Positions 1 through 9,311 are shown, numbered from the stretch's first letter. The stretch is DNA of 64,000 bases from an uncultured Gammaproteobacteria bacterium (GCA_963822255.1 CAWGGV010000009.1:236269-300268), one strand, 5' to 3'. The notes: generated from the letters alone by a model not told the origin. Program-made: numbers and translations.

Positions 1-713
1 GGCGTGCGCCAGATGTGCGCCGCCACCGACCAGAAGCCCGGCGCGTCCTCGCCCAGCATGCCGCCGTCGGCGGCACCGCGCGGCGGCTCCACCAGGGTAA
101 AGCGGACCAGCAGGGCGATGGCGAGCCCCGGCGCACCGACCACCATGAACGACGTGCGCCAGCCCCAGTGGTCGCTCATCCAGCCGCCGCCCAGGTAGGC
201 GATCAGCAGCCCGACGTTGATGCCGACCGCGAAGAACGACATGGCCGTCGAACGCTCCGCCGGACCGAACAGATCGGAGATCATGGAATGGGAGGGCGGG
301 TTGGAGCCGGCCTCCCCCACCCCGACCCCGATGCGTGCCAGGGCGAGCTGAACGAAGCTGCCGGCCAGGCCGCACAGCAGAGTCATGCCGCTCCAGACCG
401 CCACCGCCAGGCCGATGATGTTGCGGCGGTTGCCGCGGTCGGCCCACATGGCGATGGGCATGCCGAGGGTGGCGTAGAAGATGGCAAAGGTCAGACCGAC
501 GAGGAAGCCCATCTGGGTGTCGGAGGCGCCCAGGTCGTGCTTGATGGGCTCGAGCAGGATGCCGATGATCTGGCGGTCCACATGGCTGGACGTGAACACC
601 AGAGTGAGCACGAACAGGGCGTAATAGCGGTAGCGGGTGGAGACTGCGGCGGAGGAAACGCTGCCGATGGCGGGTTCGACGGCGGACGAACCACCTCGGC
701 GGGAAAGCTGCAT
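1..713 (-). CDS. MFS transporter, N-terminal ~237 aa. The gene starts at 713 and runs off the window start; it is not in the ORF track because it has no stop in the window.
   Basis: Manual translation of the reverse strand from the ATG at 713..711 gives MQLSRRGGSS...YALFVLTLVFTSSHVDRQIIGILLEPIKHDLGASDTQMGFLVGLTFAIFYATLGMPIAMWADRGNRRNIIGLAVAVWSGMTLLCGLAGSFVQLALARIGVGVGEAG.... This is a typical MFS TM1-TM6 with the D-R-x-x-R motif. Confidence 0.75.
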   Translation of the reverse strand, partial: MQLSRRGGSSAVEPAIGSVSSAAVSTRYRYYALFVLTLVFTSSHVDRQIIGILLEPIKHDLGASDTQMGFLVGLTFAIFYATLGMPIAMWADRGNRRNIIGLAVAVWSGMTLLCGLAGSFVQLALARIGVGVGEAGSNPPSHSMISDLFGPAERSTAMSFFAVGINVGLLIAYLGGGWMSDHWGWRTSFMVVGAPGLAIALLVRFTLVEPPRGAADGGMLGEDAPGFWSVAAHIWRT

Positions 714-782
714 TTCGCTATGGTACCTCAGGCCCCGGCGGCGTACGAAAGCGCCCTTCCCAACTGCAGGCTGAGGCGGAGG

Positions 783-1280
783 TCAGCCCAGCAGGTCCGG
801 GTTTCGCTGCCACACGACGTAGCTGAGCGCCGATGCGAAACCCACCCATGCGAGATACGGGAGCAGCAGCGCGCCCGCCAGCGCGCTGACATGCCAGAAC
901 GCCGCCAGCGTGGCGATCAGCAGCGCGCCGAGGACAAGCGTGTCGGCGAACGCCAACGCGCCACGGCGCCAGACGAAGAACAGCCAGGACCACAGCGCAT
1001 TGACGCCGAGCTGCAGTAGAAAAAGCGTCAGGCCGAGCCGGGCGCCGCCAAAACCGTGCTCGCGCCAGACCAGCCACGCCGACACCGCCATGAGCAGGTA
1101 GAGCAACGTCCACACCGGCGCGAACAGCCAGCTCGGCGGCGCCCAATTCGGCCGCTCGAGCTGGCGATAGAATGTCGCCGCGCCGGCGGAAGCGAAGGCG
1201 CCCAGGGCCGCGGCCGCGAAGCTGGCCGTGAGCCAGGCCACCAGGCCGAGCGCCTCGGTCCAGAAGCTGCCCATCCCCAT
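783..1280 (-). CDS. tspO: TspO/MBR family tryptophan-rich sensory protein
   Basis: 165 aa with five TM segments and Trp-rich motifs (FYRQLERPNWAPPSWLFAPVWTLLY) characteristic of TspO/MBR. Confidence 0.85.
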   Translation of the reverse strand: MGMGSFWTEALGLVAWLTASFAAAALGAFASAGAATFYRQLERPNWAPPSWLFAPVWTLLYLLMAVSAWLVWREHGFGGARLGLTLFLLQLGVNALWSWLFFVWRRGALAFADTLVLGALLIATLAAFWHVSALAGALLLPYLAWVGFASALSYVVWQRNPDLLG

Positions 1281-1309
1281 CGTCTCTGCCAGACGCCGCT
1301 GCCGGGCCG

Positions 1310-2203
1310 CTAGTCCAGCGCCTGCACAAGGTCCTGATAGGTGGCGAAGCCGTAGCGGGCGGTCACCTCCTCCTGCCAGACGGCGTCCATCTCGGCCAGC
1401 ACCTCTGCGCCGAGCTCGCAGCGATGGCTGCCGGCGCGTCCTTCGCGAACCTTGGCGGAATCACTCCCCGGCGGCAGGCCGGCGACCCGTTCCGAGAGCT
1501 CCCTCATCAGCCGGTCGTCGAACCGGTCCTTGTAGCGGAGCATGAAGCCGATGGACGAGTGCTCCAGGGTGATGGCGAGAAGCTGGTCGTCGAGCGGGAT
1601 ACCGCAGAACTCCGCCACCCGGCGGATGGTGGCCGCCGGATCGGACAGCATGTGCTCGTAGGCCAGCATCAGCACGTCGTCGTCATGGCGGTGCTCCCAC
1701 CACGAGGTGAGGTGACGCCAGTACCGCCGCGTCTCATCCCCGAGATAGTTCTCCCGCGCGAACTCGTCCACCGATACGGCGCCGGGCTCGAGAAACCAGC
1801 CGCACATGAAGTGATAGGAGGAAACCAGGGCGTCCCGCGGATCGCGGATGGAGACGACGTAGCGGGCACCTTTCGGCACCTGGTCCCAGTCCAGATGGCT
1901 CTTGAAGCCGCGCGGCTCGGCCTTCTGCTCGGCGTTCAGGTCGATGCCGAGCCGCGGCGACGTCTCGATCCAGGGGACCACCCGGGAAATGTCGTCGAAG
2001 TCCATGTCTCCCCGGGTGCGCAGGGTGTGGAAGATCTGCTGCAGCCAGGTGGTGCCGCACTTGCCGAAGGGCGCAATGATCACGTCCGTCGGTCGCGGCC
2101 GGAAGGCCTCCACCTTCGGTTGCGGCTGGTTCCACATGCTCCCCATCAGCTCGCGCATCTCGGCGAGGGACCTGGCCCGCTGCCGTCGAGTCACGTCGTT
2201 CAT
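1310..2203 (-). CDS. PAPS-dependent sulfotransferase family protein
   Basis: 297 aa. The 5'-PSB-like P-loop PFGKCGTTW and the downstream RDPRD motif match the cytosolic sulfotransferase fold. A 30-bp gap to tspO implies an operon. Confidence 0.75.
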   Translation of the reverse strand: MNDVTRRQRARSLAEMRELMGSMWNQPQPKVEAFRPRPTDVIIAPFGKCGTTWLQQIFHTLRTRGDMDFDDISRVVPWIETSPRLGIDLNAEQKAEPRGFKSHLDWDQVPKGARYVVSIRDPRDALVSSYHFMCGWFLEPGAVSVDEFARENYLGDETRRYWRHLTSWWEHRHDDDVLMLAYEHMLSDPAATIRRVAEFCGIPLDDQLLAITLEHSSIGFMLRYKDRFDDRLMRELSERVAGLPPGSDSAKVREGRAGSHRCELGAEVLAEMDAVWQEEVTARYGFATYQDLVQALD

Positions 2204-2330
2204 GTGGGCTCCGCATCTTATGGAACCCGGAGTATACGACGAGCAGGCGCGCGCCCGGCTTGCGCTGACGCGGCGACGGGCTTACGTTCTGCCGAAGCGC
2301 GCAGCCGATATCCGCTCCAGGGAGGCAGAC

Positions 2331-3305
2331 ATGGCCAAGGTAGAAACCGCCCGGGGACCCATGGACACCGCCGAGCTCGGCACCACCCTCATGCACGAGC
2401 ACGTGTTCGTGCTGAGCACCGAGATCCAGCAGAACTTTCCGCAGTTGTGGGACGAGGAGTACCGGGTCAGTGACGCCATCGAGAAGCTGGCAGGCCTGAC
2501 CGAAATCGGCGTCGACACCATCGTCGACCCCACAGTGCTCGGCCTCGGCCGCTACATCCCCCGCATCAAACGGATCGCCGATCAGGTGGACGTCAACATC
2601 GTGGTGGCCACCGGCATCTACACCTACAACGAGCTGCCTTTCTACTTCCACTACCAGGGGCCCGACACCATGTTCGGCGGGCCGGAGCCGCTGACGGAGA
2701 TGTTCATCCAGGACATCCGCGAGGGCATCACCGACACCGGGATCAAGGCCGCCATCCTCAAGTGCGTGACCGAGAAGGACGGCCTCACCCCCGGCATCGA
2801 GCGGGCGCTTCGCGCCACCGCTCAGGCCCACCGCGAGACCGGCGTGCCCATCACCACGCACACCGATTCGCACACCGAGCGCGGCTACGATCAGCAGAAA
2901 ATCTTCAGAGAGGAAGGCGTGGACCTGTCGCGGGTGATCATCGGGCACTGCGGGGACACCACCGATCTGAACTACCTGCGCGCGCTGATGGACGAGGGCT
3001 CGACCATCGGCATGGATCGCTTCGGCCTCGATGTGCTGCTGGACTTCGATTCGCGGGTGAACACCGTGGCGGAGCTGTGCAAGCTCGGCTACGCGGACCG
3101 CATGGTGCTGTCTCACGACACGAGTTGCCACATCGACTGGTTCACCGAGGAGCAGCGCCAGACCAACGTGCCCAACTGGCACTACAAGCACATCCACGAA
3201 GACGTGCTGCCGGCGCTCGCCGAGCGGGGCGTGACGAAGGATCACATCGAGCAGATGCTGGTGACCAATCCGCGGCGCATCTTCGAGAACGTGGGGAGCT
3301 ACTGA
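2331..3305 (+). CDS. phosphotriesterase family protein (PTE-like lactonase / phosphotriesterase-homology protein)
   Basis: It starts MAKVETARGPMDTAELGTTLMHEHV with the HxH metal motif and has a TIM-barrel amidohydrolase PTE signature throughout. A GGAGG Shine-Dalgarno sits 6 nt upstream of the ATG at 2331. Confidence 0.85.
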   Translation: MAKVETARGPMDTAELGTTLMHEHVFVLSTEIQQNFPQLWDEEYRVSDAIEKLAGLTEIGVDTIVDPTVLGLGRYIPRIKRIADQVDVNIVVATGIYTYNELPFYFHYQGPDTMFGGPEPLTEMFIQDIREGITDTGIKAAILKCVTEKDGLTPGIERALRATAQAHRETGVPITTHTDSHTERGYDQQKIFREEGVDLSRVIIGHCGDTTDLNYLRALMDEGSTIGMDRFGLDVLLDFDSRVNTVAELCKLGYADRMVLSHDTSCHIDWFTEEQRQTNVPNWHYKHIHEDVLPALAERGVTKDHIEQMLVTNPRRIFENVGSY

Positions 3306-4831
3306 TGTCCGAATTCGACGACGCGCCGGCCGGCGTCTTCGACGAATCCGGTGTGGCCCGCGACGACACCGGCGCGAAGTACTACACGGGCCGTCCCGAC
3401 TCGCTGGTGCACATGCTCCGGGCGTCGGTGGAGCGCTGGCCGCAGAACGAAGTCGTTGTCGACCTCGGCACCGGCGAGCGCATCCGCTACGGGGAGCTCT
3501 GGGAACGCGCCTCCCGGGTGGCGGGCGGCCTCGCCGCCGCGGGCGTGCAGCGCGGCGACCGCGCCGCGATCCTGCACGGCAACGGCCTGCCCTGGGTGCT
3601 GGCGTTCTGGGGTTGCCAGCTCGCCGGCGTGGTCGTGGTGCCGGTGAACACCCGCTTCGCCGAGCCCGAGATCGACTACGTGATCGAGAACTCCGGCGCC
3701 AAGTACGTGTTCCGCCCGGACCAGCCCCTGCCCGCCGGCGAGCCGCTGGCGGTGGACGACCTCGCGCCCCGGGACATTGCCGCCATCTTCTACACCAGCG
3801 GCACCACCGGCTTTCCCAAGGGCGCGGTCACCACCCACCGGAATCTCCTCTCCAACAACGAGACCGCACGCCGGGTGTTGCGGCTGCCCGGCGGCGACGG
3901 AATGCGGAACCTGGTATCGGTGCCGCTGTTCCACGTCACCGGCTGCCACAGCCAGCTGGTGGTCACCACCGAGCTCGGTGGCTGCACCGTGATCATGCCC
4001 GCGTTCGAAGTCCAGGCGTTTCTCCGGGCCATTCAGGACGAGCAGATCAACGTCCTGGTGTCGGTGCCCGCCGTGTACTGGCTCGCCATCAACCAGCCGA
4101 ACTTCGCCGACTTCGACACCTCGCGGGTGGAACGCCTCACCTACGGCGGCGCGCCCATCGCGCCGGAGCTGGTGTCGCGCATCAAGCAGGCGTTTCCCCA
4201 CGCGCGCGTCGGGAACGGCTTCGGCCTGACCGAGACCGCGTCCATCACCACCTTCCTGCCGCACGAGTACGCGGACGAGCACGCCGACTCGGTGGGTTTC
4301 CCGGCGCCGGTGATGGAGGTGAAGCTCGAGGATGCGGATCCCGAGACCGGGGTGGGGGAGCTGCTCATCCGCGGCTCCAATGTGGTCGACGGCTACTGGC
4401 AGAATCCGCAGGCCACCGCCAGGACGTTCGCCGGCGGCTGGCTCCACAGCGGCGACCTGGCGCGCATCGACGACCAAGGGCTCGTCTACATCGTCGATCG
4501 CGCCAAGGACATGATCAACCGCGGCGGCGAGAACGTGTACTGCGTGGAGGTCGAGAACTGCCTGGCCGGCCACCCGGACGTATTCGAGGCGGCCGTGCTC
4601 GGCGTGCCCGATTCCATGATGGGCGAGAAAGTGGGCGCGGTGCTGGTACCGAAGCCCGGTCACGACATCGATCCGGCGAACGTGGTGGCGTTCTGCCGAG
4701 AGCGGATCGGCGACTTCAAGGTGCCCCAGTACATCGAGGTCAGCGACGAGCCGCTGCCGCGCAACCCCGGCGGCAAGGTGCTGAAACCGCGCCTGCGTGA
4801 GGACGTCCACTGGAGCAAGCCGCTGTTCTGA
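3305..4831 (+). CDS. AMP-dependent synthetase/ligase (fatty acyl-CoA ligase)
   Basis: 509 aa with the AMP-binding motif FYTSGTTGFPKG and the LxxSGDxA and GGENVY motifs. Its ATG overlaps the upstream TGA (TGATG), so it is translationally coupled to the PTE gene. Confidence 0.85.
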   Translation: MSEFDDAPAGVFDESGVARDDTGAKYYTGRPDSLVHMLRASVERWPQNEVVVDLGTGERIRYGELWERASRVAGGLAAAGVQRGDRAAILHGNGLPWVLAFWGCQLAGVVVVPVNTRFAEPEIDYVIENSGAKYVFRPDQPLPAGEPLAVDDLAPRDIAAIFYTSGTTGFPKGAVTTHRNLLSNNETARRVLRLPGGDGMRNLVSVPLFHVTGCHSQLVVTTELGGCTVIMPAFEVQAFLRAIQDEQINVLVSVPAVYWLAINQPNFADFDTSRVERLTYGGAPIAPELVSRIKQAFPHARVGNGFGLTETASITTFLPHEYADEHADSVGFPAPVMEVKLEDADPETGVGELLIRGSNVVDGYWQNPQATARTFAGGWLHSGDLARIDDQGLVYIVDRAKDMINRGGENVYCVEVENCLAGHPDVFEAAVLGVPDSMMGEKVGAVLVPKPGHDIDPANVVAFCRERIGDFKVPQYIEVSDEPLPRNPGGKVLKPRLREDVHWSKPLF

Positions 4832-4837
4832 CCGCAG

Positions 4838-5210
4838 GTGCCCGCCAGACGCTGGCGATGCCGGCGCGGTCGACGGTGCGCGGCACGCGCCGGAAAGGCA
4901 CTCGGCTGCCCATTTGAGCGACGCCGAGCGCAGAAAATTGACCGCGCCAGCGGGCAACTTTTCGCAGCGAGGGCGCCGCGGAGCGGCGGAGCGTGGGCAG
5001 CGGAGCGACTTGCCGGCGGGGGATCGCCCGCGCCCGCCAGACGCTGGCGATGCCGGCGCGGTCGACGGTGCGCGGCACGCGCCGGAAAGGCACTCGGCTG
5101 CCCATTTGAGCGACGCCGAGCGCAGAAAATTGACCGCGCCAGCGGGCAACTTTTCGTAGCGAGGGCACCGCGGAGCGGCGGAGCGTGGGCAGCCGAGTGA
5201 CTTTCCGGCG
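4838..5210. repeat. tandem duplication (2 x ~192 bp) of a hairpin-rich intergenic element
   Basis: Unit 1 (4841-5032) and unit 2 (5033-~5224) are near-identical. Each carries a 25-nt inverted repeat (CGCCGGAAAGGCACTCGGCTGCCCA ... TGGGCAGCCGAGTGACTTTCCGGCG), an inner imperfect hairpin and the CCGGCGCG...CGCGCCGG stem. It lies between two convergent genes. Confidence 0.7.
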
Positions 5211-5257
5211 CGAGGACGGCTACCTGCCGAGTAAAGCCGACACCCCCGCGCGGCTGG

Positions 5258-6907
5258 TCACGGTTGCTCCTGATACCGCGCGAAGTCCTCCTTGAGCATC
5301 GCCGTCTGCGCCCCGTTGGCGTGCATGTAGGCGGTCGCCGAGCGCACGCCCCAGACGTACATGAGCGCGGCCAGCAGCGCCACGGCGATGCTGTCCCAGG
5401 GGCCGGTGATGACGCGATGGCCGCCGTAGCTGCCGAGCCAGGACATCGTGTACATGGCCGCGAGATACGCCACCAGCCAGATGCCGCCCACCAGCTCGCC
5501 GTGGCCTTCCCGGTTGCGCACGTGGACGATGCCGTACCACAGCAGCCCTAACCCGACGATGGGCATGGTCTTGAGCAACGTCCCCCACTCCACCCAGAAG
5601 ATCACCAGTGACGCGGTGATGAACGCCAGCGGCGAGATGATGCGCATGCCGGGCAGCCGGCTGGTGTGGTCGCCGATGCCTACCCGGCGGAACGCAAACA
5701 GGCTCACCGAGCCGATCGAGAACGTGAACGCCACCAGGGTGCCGGTGACGCCGATGATCTGATGCCAGCTCGGCAGCGGCAGCAGGAACAACAGCCCCAC
5801 CACGAAATTGAACAGCAGCGCCCGGGTGGGGACCCGGAACCGCTCGTGCACGGCGACCAGCGGCCGCGGAAAGAAGCCGTTCTTGGCGAGCCCGAAAACG
5901 TTGCGGGCGTTGGAGGCGGTGAAGATGATGCCGGAGCCGGACGGCGAGAGCATCGAGTCCGCGATCAGCACCCAGTACAGCCACGTCATGCCGATCACCA
6001 GCGCAAGGTGAGCGAACGGCGAGTCGTAGTTCACGCCGTGCCACCCGGCGATCAGGTCCGAGCCGGGCACCGCGCCGAGGAAGGCGATCTGCAGGCCCAG
6101 GTAGAGCACGATGGAGAAGAGGATCGTCGTCAGCAGCGAGGCCGGGATGTCGCGCCGCGGCCGCCGCGCCTCGCCGGACAGCTCGATGATGTTGCGAAAG
6201 CCGGTGTAGGCGAACACCATCCCGGCCGCCGCGATGGTGCTGAACGCGGCGTCCATGCCGTAGGGGGCGAAACCGCCGTGGGCAGTGACGTTGGTCCCGT
6301 CGAATCCGCTGGCGATGAGCAGCCCGATCGTGGTGGTGGGAATGAACACCTTGATCACCGTCATCACGTTGTTGGTGTGGGCGAACAGCCGCACCCCGAA
6401 ATAGTTGACCACCACGAACACCGCCATCAGCGCCGCGGCCAGGGCGACGCCGGGGCCGGTGAGCTCGCCGTTATCGAACACCCCGGGCAGATAGGAGCTC
6501 GCGTACTGCACCACGCCGGCCGCTTCGGTGGGCGGATTGCCCACGTAGGTCACCCACATGCTCCAGCCCACGATGCTGGCGGCGAATCGGCCGTTGCTGT
6601 ACAGCGGATAGCGCACCAGGCCGCCGGACTCGGGGCGCACCATGCCGAGCTCGGCGAACACCAGGGCGATCGCCAGCATCAGCCCGCCGGCAATGACCCA
6701 GGCGATCAGCGATGCCGGCCCGGCGGCCTGTGCCGCATACATGGCGGAAAACAGCCAGCCCGAGCCGATGACGCTGCCGAGGCCGGTGGCCACCAGCGAC
6801 CAGAAGCCGAGGCTGCGGTGTAGTTTCGCGTCCTGACGGGCCGCCACTGTCGCCTGGGAAGCCGCGCCGGCCACGACGGATCTGTCAGCCGCCGCTGAAT
6901 CAGTCAT
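5258..6907 (-). CDS. APC-family amino acid permease
   Basis: 549 aa, 12-TM APC-superfamily architecture. GGAGAA Shine-Dalgarno before the ATG. Confidence 0.85.
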   Translation of the reverse strand: MTDSAAADRSVVAGAASQATVAARQDAKLHRSLGFWSLVATGLGSVIGSGWLFSAMYAAQAAGPASLIAWVIAGGLMLAIALVFAELGMVRPESGGLVRYPLYSNGRFAASIVGWSMWVTYVGNPPTEAAGVVQYASSYLPGVFDNGELTGPGVALAAALMAVFVVVNYFGVRLFAHTNNVMTVIKVFIPTTTIGLLIASGFDGTNVTAHGGFAPYGMDAAFSTIAAAGMVFAYTGFRNIIELSGEARRPRRDIPASLLTTILFSIVLYLGLQIAFLGAVPGSDLIAGWHGVNYDSPFAHLALVIGMTWLYWVLIADSMLSPSGSGIIFTASNARNVFGLAKNGFFPRPLVAVHERFRVPTRALLFNFVVGLLFLLPLPSWHQIIGVTGTLVAFTFSIGSVSLFAFRRVGIGDHTSRLPGMRIISPLAFITASLVIFWVEWGTLLKTMPIVGLGLLWYGIVHVRNREGHGELVGGIWLVAYLAAMYTMSWLGSYGGHRVITGPWDSIAVALLAALMYVWGVRSATAYMHANGAQTAMLKEDFARYQEQP

Positions 6908-7141
6908 CGGAATTCTCCATATCCGGCGAATCCTACACTACCGCGCCAGGCCCACCGCAATCCTTGTTCCCGTCGGCGTGAACACGCGCTGCGGCGATGG
7001 CGGGCTCGCTGACGAGCTGATGTACGTCTGCGCAGCCGAGGTGTCGTGCTACGGCACGATTCCCCACGGGCTGAGCACGGTGACGCTTCCGCCGGCGCGC
7101 TATGCGGTGTTCGCTCACGACGGCGACGCCCGCCGCTCACC

Positions 7142-8278
7142 TCACCGACCGAAGTAGCCATAGAGCACATCGTCCCAGGCGGGCGACCGAATCACCTCGA
7201 TGAGCTGGCGGTTCAGCGTCTCGCGCAGCGGGCTGCCCGGCGGCACGGCCAGGGCGTAGTACTCGGGCTGGAACTCGTCGGGCAGCACTTCCAGGGTCTG
7301 CGAGTAGCGGTCGTTCACCAGATACTTCATCGCCGGCGCGTCGTACACCGCCGCCGCGTAGTCGCCTTTCACCACGGCCTGCAGCGCCTGGGTCAGAGAC
7401 TGGTAGCTGTGGTGGCGGATACGCGCGCTGGTGAGATAGTCCTCGCTGGTGGAGCCAGCCACCGTGGCCACCCGGTAACGCGTCAGGTCGTCCGACCCCT
7501 GTATGCCGGCCTTCAGGTCCGAGACGGTGAACGCCGAGGCGATCGCTCCGGTCATGCTGGCGATGATGATGATGGACGCGAACATCCAGACGATGGCGAG
7601 AGCGCGTCCGGCGAATGTTCTCGGCGCCTTGTCGCCATAGCCTACGGTGGTCATGGTGACCGCCGACCACCACAGGCCGTCGCCCAGACCTTTCGCGGCG
7701 GTGCCGCGGAAGTCGGGGTTGTGGCGGCGTTCGATCAGCCAGACCAGCGCACCGACACCGGCCAGCACCAGGAGCAAGGTGCCGGTGGCCGCCAGAAACG
7801 GCGGCGAGATCAGCGCCCGGAAGAACGCGCCGGCGCCACCCGACTGATGGACCGGCACGGCGATGCCGAGGCTCGACTGGAAGAACGGCTCCGTGAAGTC
7901 GAGCCGCCGTTCCCGGTCCGCGGTGACGGTGAGCGCGCCCAACGCCACCTGCACCTCGTTGCGGGCGGTGGCGGCAAGCAACGGGTCGAGGCCGTACTCG
8001 CGGTAGCGGTAGCGCAGATGGAGGCGCCGCGCCAGCTTCTCCCAGAGTTCGATGCTGATTCCGCGCCAGTGACCGTCGGCGGTCTTCACCACGAACGGCT
8101 CCACCGGTTTCAGGCCAACGATCAGGGGCTGTCCGGCGGACGATGCCGCCGCGCCGGCCGCAGCCTCGGGTTTCGCCTCGCCTGTGGCGAGCGCCTCGCC
8201 TGTGGCGAGCGCCTCGCCTGTGGCGAGCGCCTCGCCTGTGGCGAGGGTGAGAAGGGCGATAGCGAAGAGAGCTCGCAC
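7142..8278 (-). CDS. GluR0-type ligand-gated potassium channel (periplasmic-binding-domain S1 – M1 – pore TMTTVGYGD – M2 – S2)
   Basis: K+ selectivity filter TVGYGD flanked by TM helices. The N- and C-terminal halves resemble SBP_bac_3 lobes. The signal peptide carries an ATGEAL hexapeptide repeated four times. GTG start. Confidence 0.8.
   Translation of the reverse strand: MRALFAIALLTLATGEALATGEALATGEALATGEAKPEAAAGAAASSAGQPLIVGLKPVEPFVVKTADGHWRGISIELWEKLARRLHLRYRYREYGLDPLLAATARNEVQVALGALTVTADRERRLDFTEPFFQSSLGIAVPVHQSGGAGAFFRALISPPFLAATGTLLLVLAGVGALVWLIERRHNPDFRGTAAKGLGDGLWWSAVTMTTVGYGDKAPRTFAGRALAIVWMFASIIIIASMTGAIASAFTVSDLKAGIQGSDDLTRYRVATVAGSTSEDYLTSARIRHHSYQSLTQALQAVVKGDYAAAVYDAPAMKYLVNDRYSQTLEVLPDEFQPEYYALAVPPGSPLRETLNRQLIEVIRSPAWDDVLYGYFGR
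8174..8245. repeat. 18-bp perfect tandem repeat x4 (CGCCTCGCCTGTGGCGAG) inside the signal-peptide coding region of the K+ channel gene
   Basis: Four identical direct units seen in the sequence. They encode (ATGEAL)x4 on the minus strand. Confidence 0.8.
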
Positions 8279-8309
8279 AAGCCTTTCGATCAGCGCTTCG
8301 ACGCCGGCC

Positions 8310-9311
8310 TCATACCGTCTTCAGCTCACCGGAACTTTCCGGCGTCAGCGCCTCGTCGCCGGGAGCGGACAGCGTCAGCACCGCCTGCTCGATGGCCTCG
8401 TACTCCGTGAGCCGGCGCTCGACACTGTGCATGAGATCGGCCAGACGATCCTCCGGGTGGTTGCCGGACAGGTCGATGGCTGCCACCAGAAACACCCTGC
8501 CCGGGCCGATGTACTCGAGATGGAGGAACGTCACCCGGTCCACCTCGTCCATGTCGAGCAATGCAGCCAGGGTGCGGTCGCGCACCCCGGGGCTCACGCT
8601 CTCGCCGGTGAGAAAGTCGCGATTGCGGTCGATGAGGTACAGCGCGACGCAGGCCAGCAGCACCCCCACGGCGATGGAACCGGCAGCGTCGTAGGTCTTG
8701 TCGCCGGTGAGGTCGTGCAGACCGATGCCGGTGGCAGCCAGGATGATGCCCATCAATGCCGCGCTGTCCTCGGCGAACACCGCGCGCAAGGTGGGATTCG
8801 AGGTCCGGGCCAGGTAGCGCATCGGACGCAACCCGCGGGACTCCGCCTCGCCCCGGGTCTGTTTGAGGGCCCGCAGGAACGAGATGCCCTCGAGCACGAA
8901 GGACACTCCGAGCACCGCGAACGCCCAGCCGTATCTGGGCTCCTCGCCGCTGCTCTTGGCCAGCAGATCCTGAATGCCGTGACCGATCGAGATGACGGCG
9001 CCGATGATGAACAGGCCGAAGGCGGCAAACATGGACCAGACGTAGGCTTCGCGGCCGTAGCCGAGCGGGTGGGTGCGATCCGGCGGGCGGTCGGATTTCT
9101 TCTCCGCCAGCACCAGAAAGACCTCATTGCCGGTGTCCGCCCAGGAGTGGGCAGCTTCGGCCACCATGGATGCCGAGCCGGTGATCGCCGCGACGAAGCT
9201 CTTGGCAACGGCAATCAGCGCGTTGGCAGCCAGCGCGATGAGCACCGTGACGAAGCTTTCGCCGCCGCTGGATCGCCGGTTGTCGCTTTTCTCGGGCATC
9301 CCTGGCGACAA
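8310..9311 (-). CDS. cation diffusion facilitator (CDF) family metal efflux transporter
   Basis: 333 aa with six TM helices plus a C-terminal cytoplasmic domain. CDF signature around SWADTGNEVFLVL and the HxxxD TM5 region. Confidence 0.85.
   Translation of the reverse strand: MSPGMPEKSDNRRSSGGESFVTVLIALAANALIAVAKSFVAAITGSASMVAEAAHSWADTGNEVFLVLAEKKSDRPPDRTHPLGYGREAYVWSMFAAFGLFIIGAVISIGHGIQDLLAKSSGEEPRYGWAFAVLGVSFVLEGISFLRALKQTRGEAESRGLRPMRYLARTSNPTLRAVFAEDSAALMGIILAATGIGLHDLTGDKTYDAAGSIAVGVLLACVALYLIDRNRDFLTGESVSPGVRDRTLAALLDMDEVDRVTFLHLEYIGPGRVFLVAAIDLSGNHPEDRLADLMHSVERRLTEYEAIEQAVLTLSAPGDEALTPESSGELKTV

Noticed and set aside
4797-5200. Two 120-aa + strand ORFs with an internally duplicated amino-acid sequence
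   Set aside because: They are simply translations of the 2 x 192-bp tandem nucleotide repeat in the convergent intergenic region. They have no ribosome-binding site and run antisense to the end of the APC permease.
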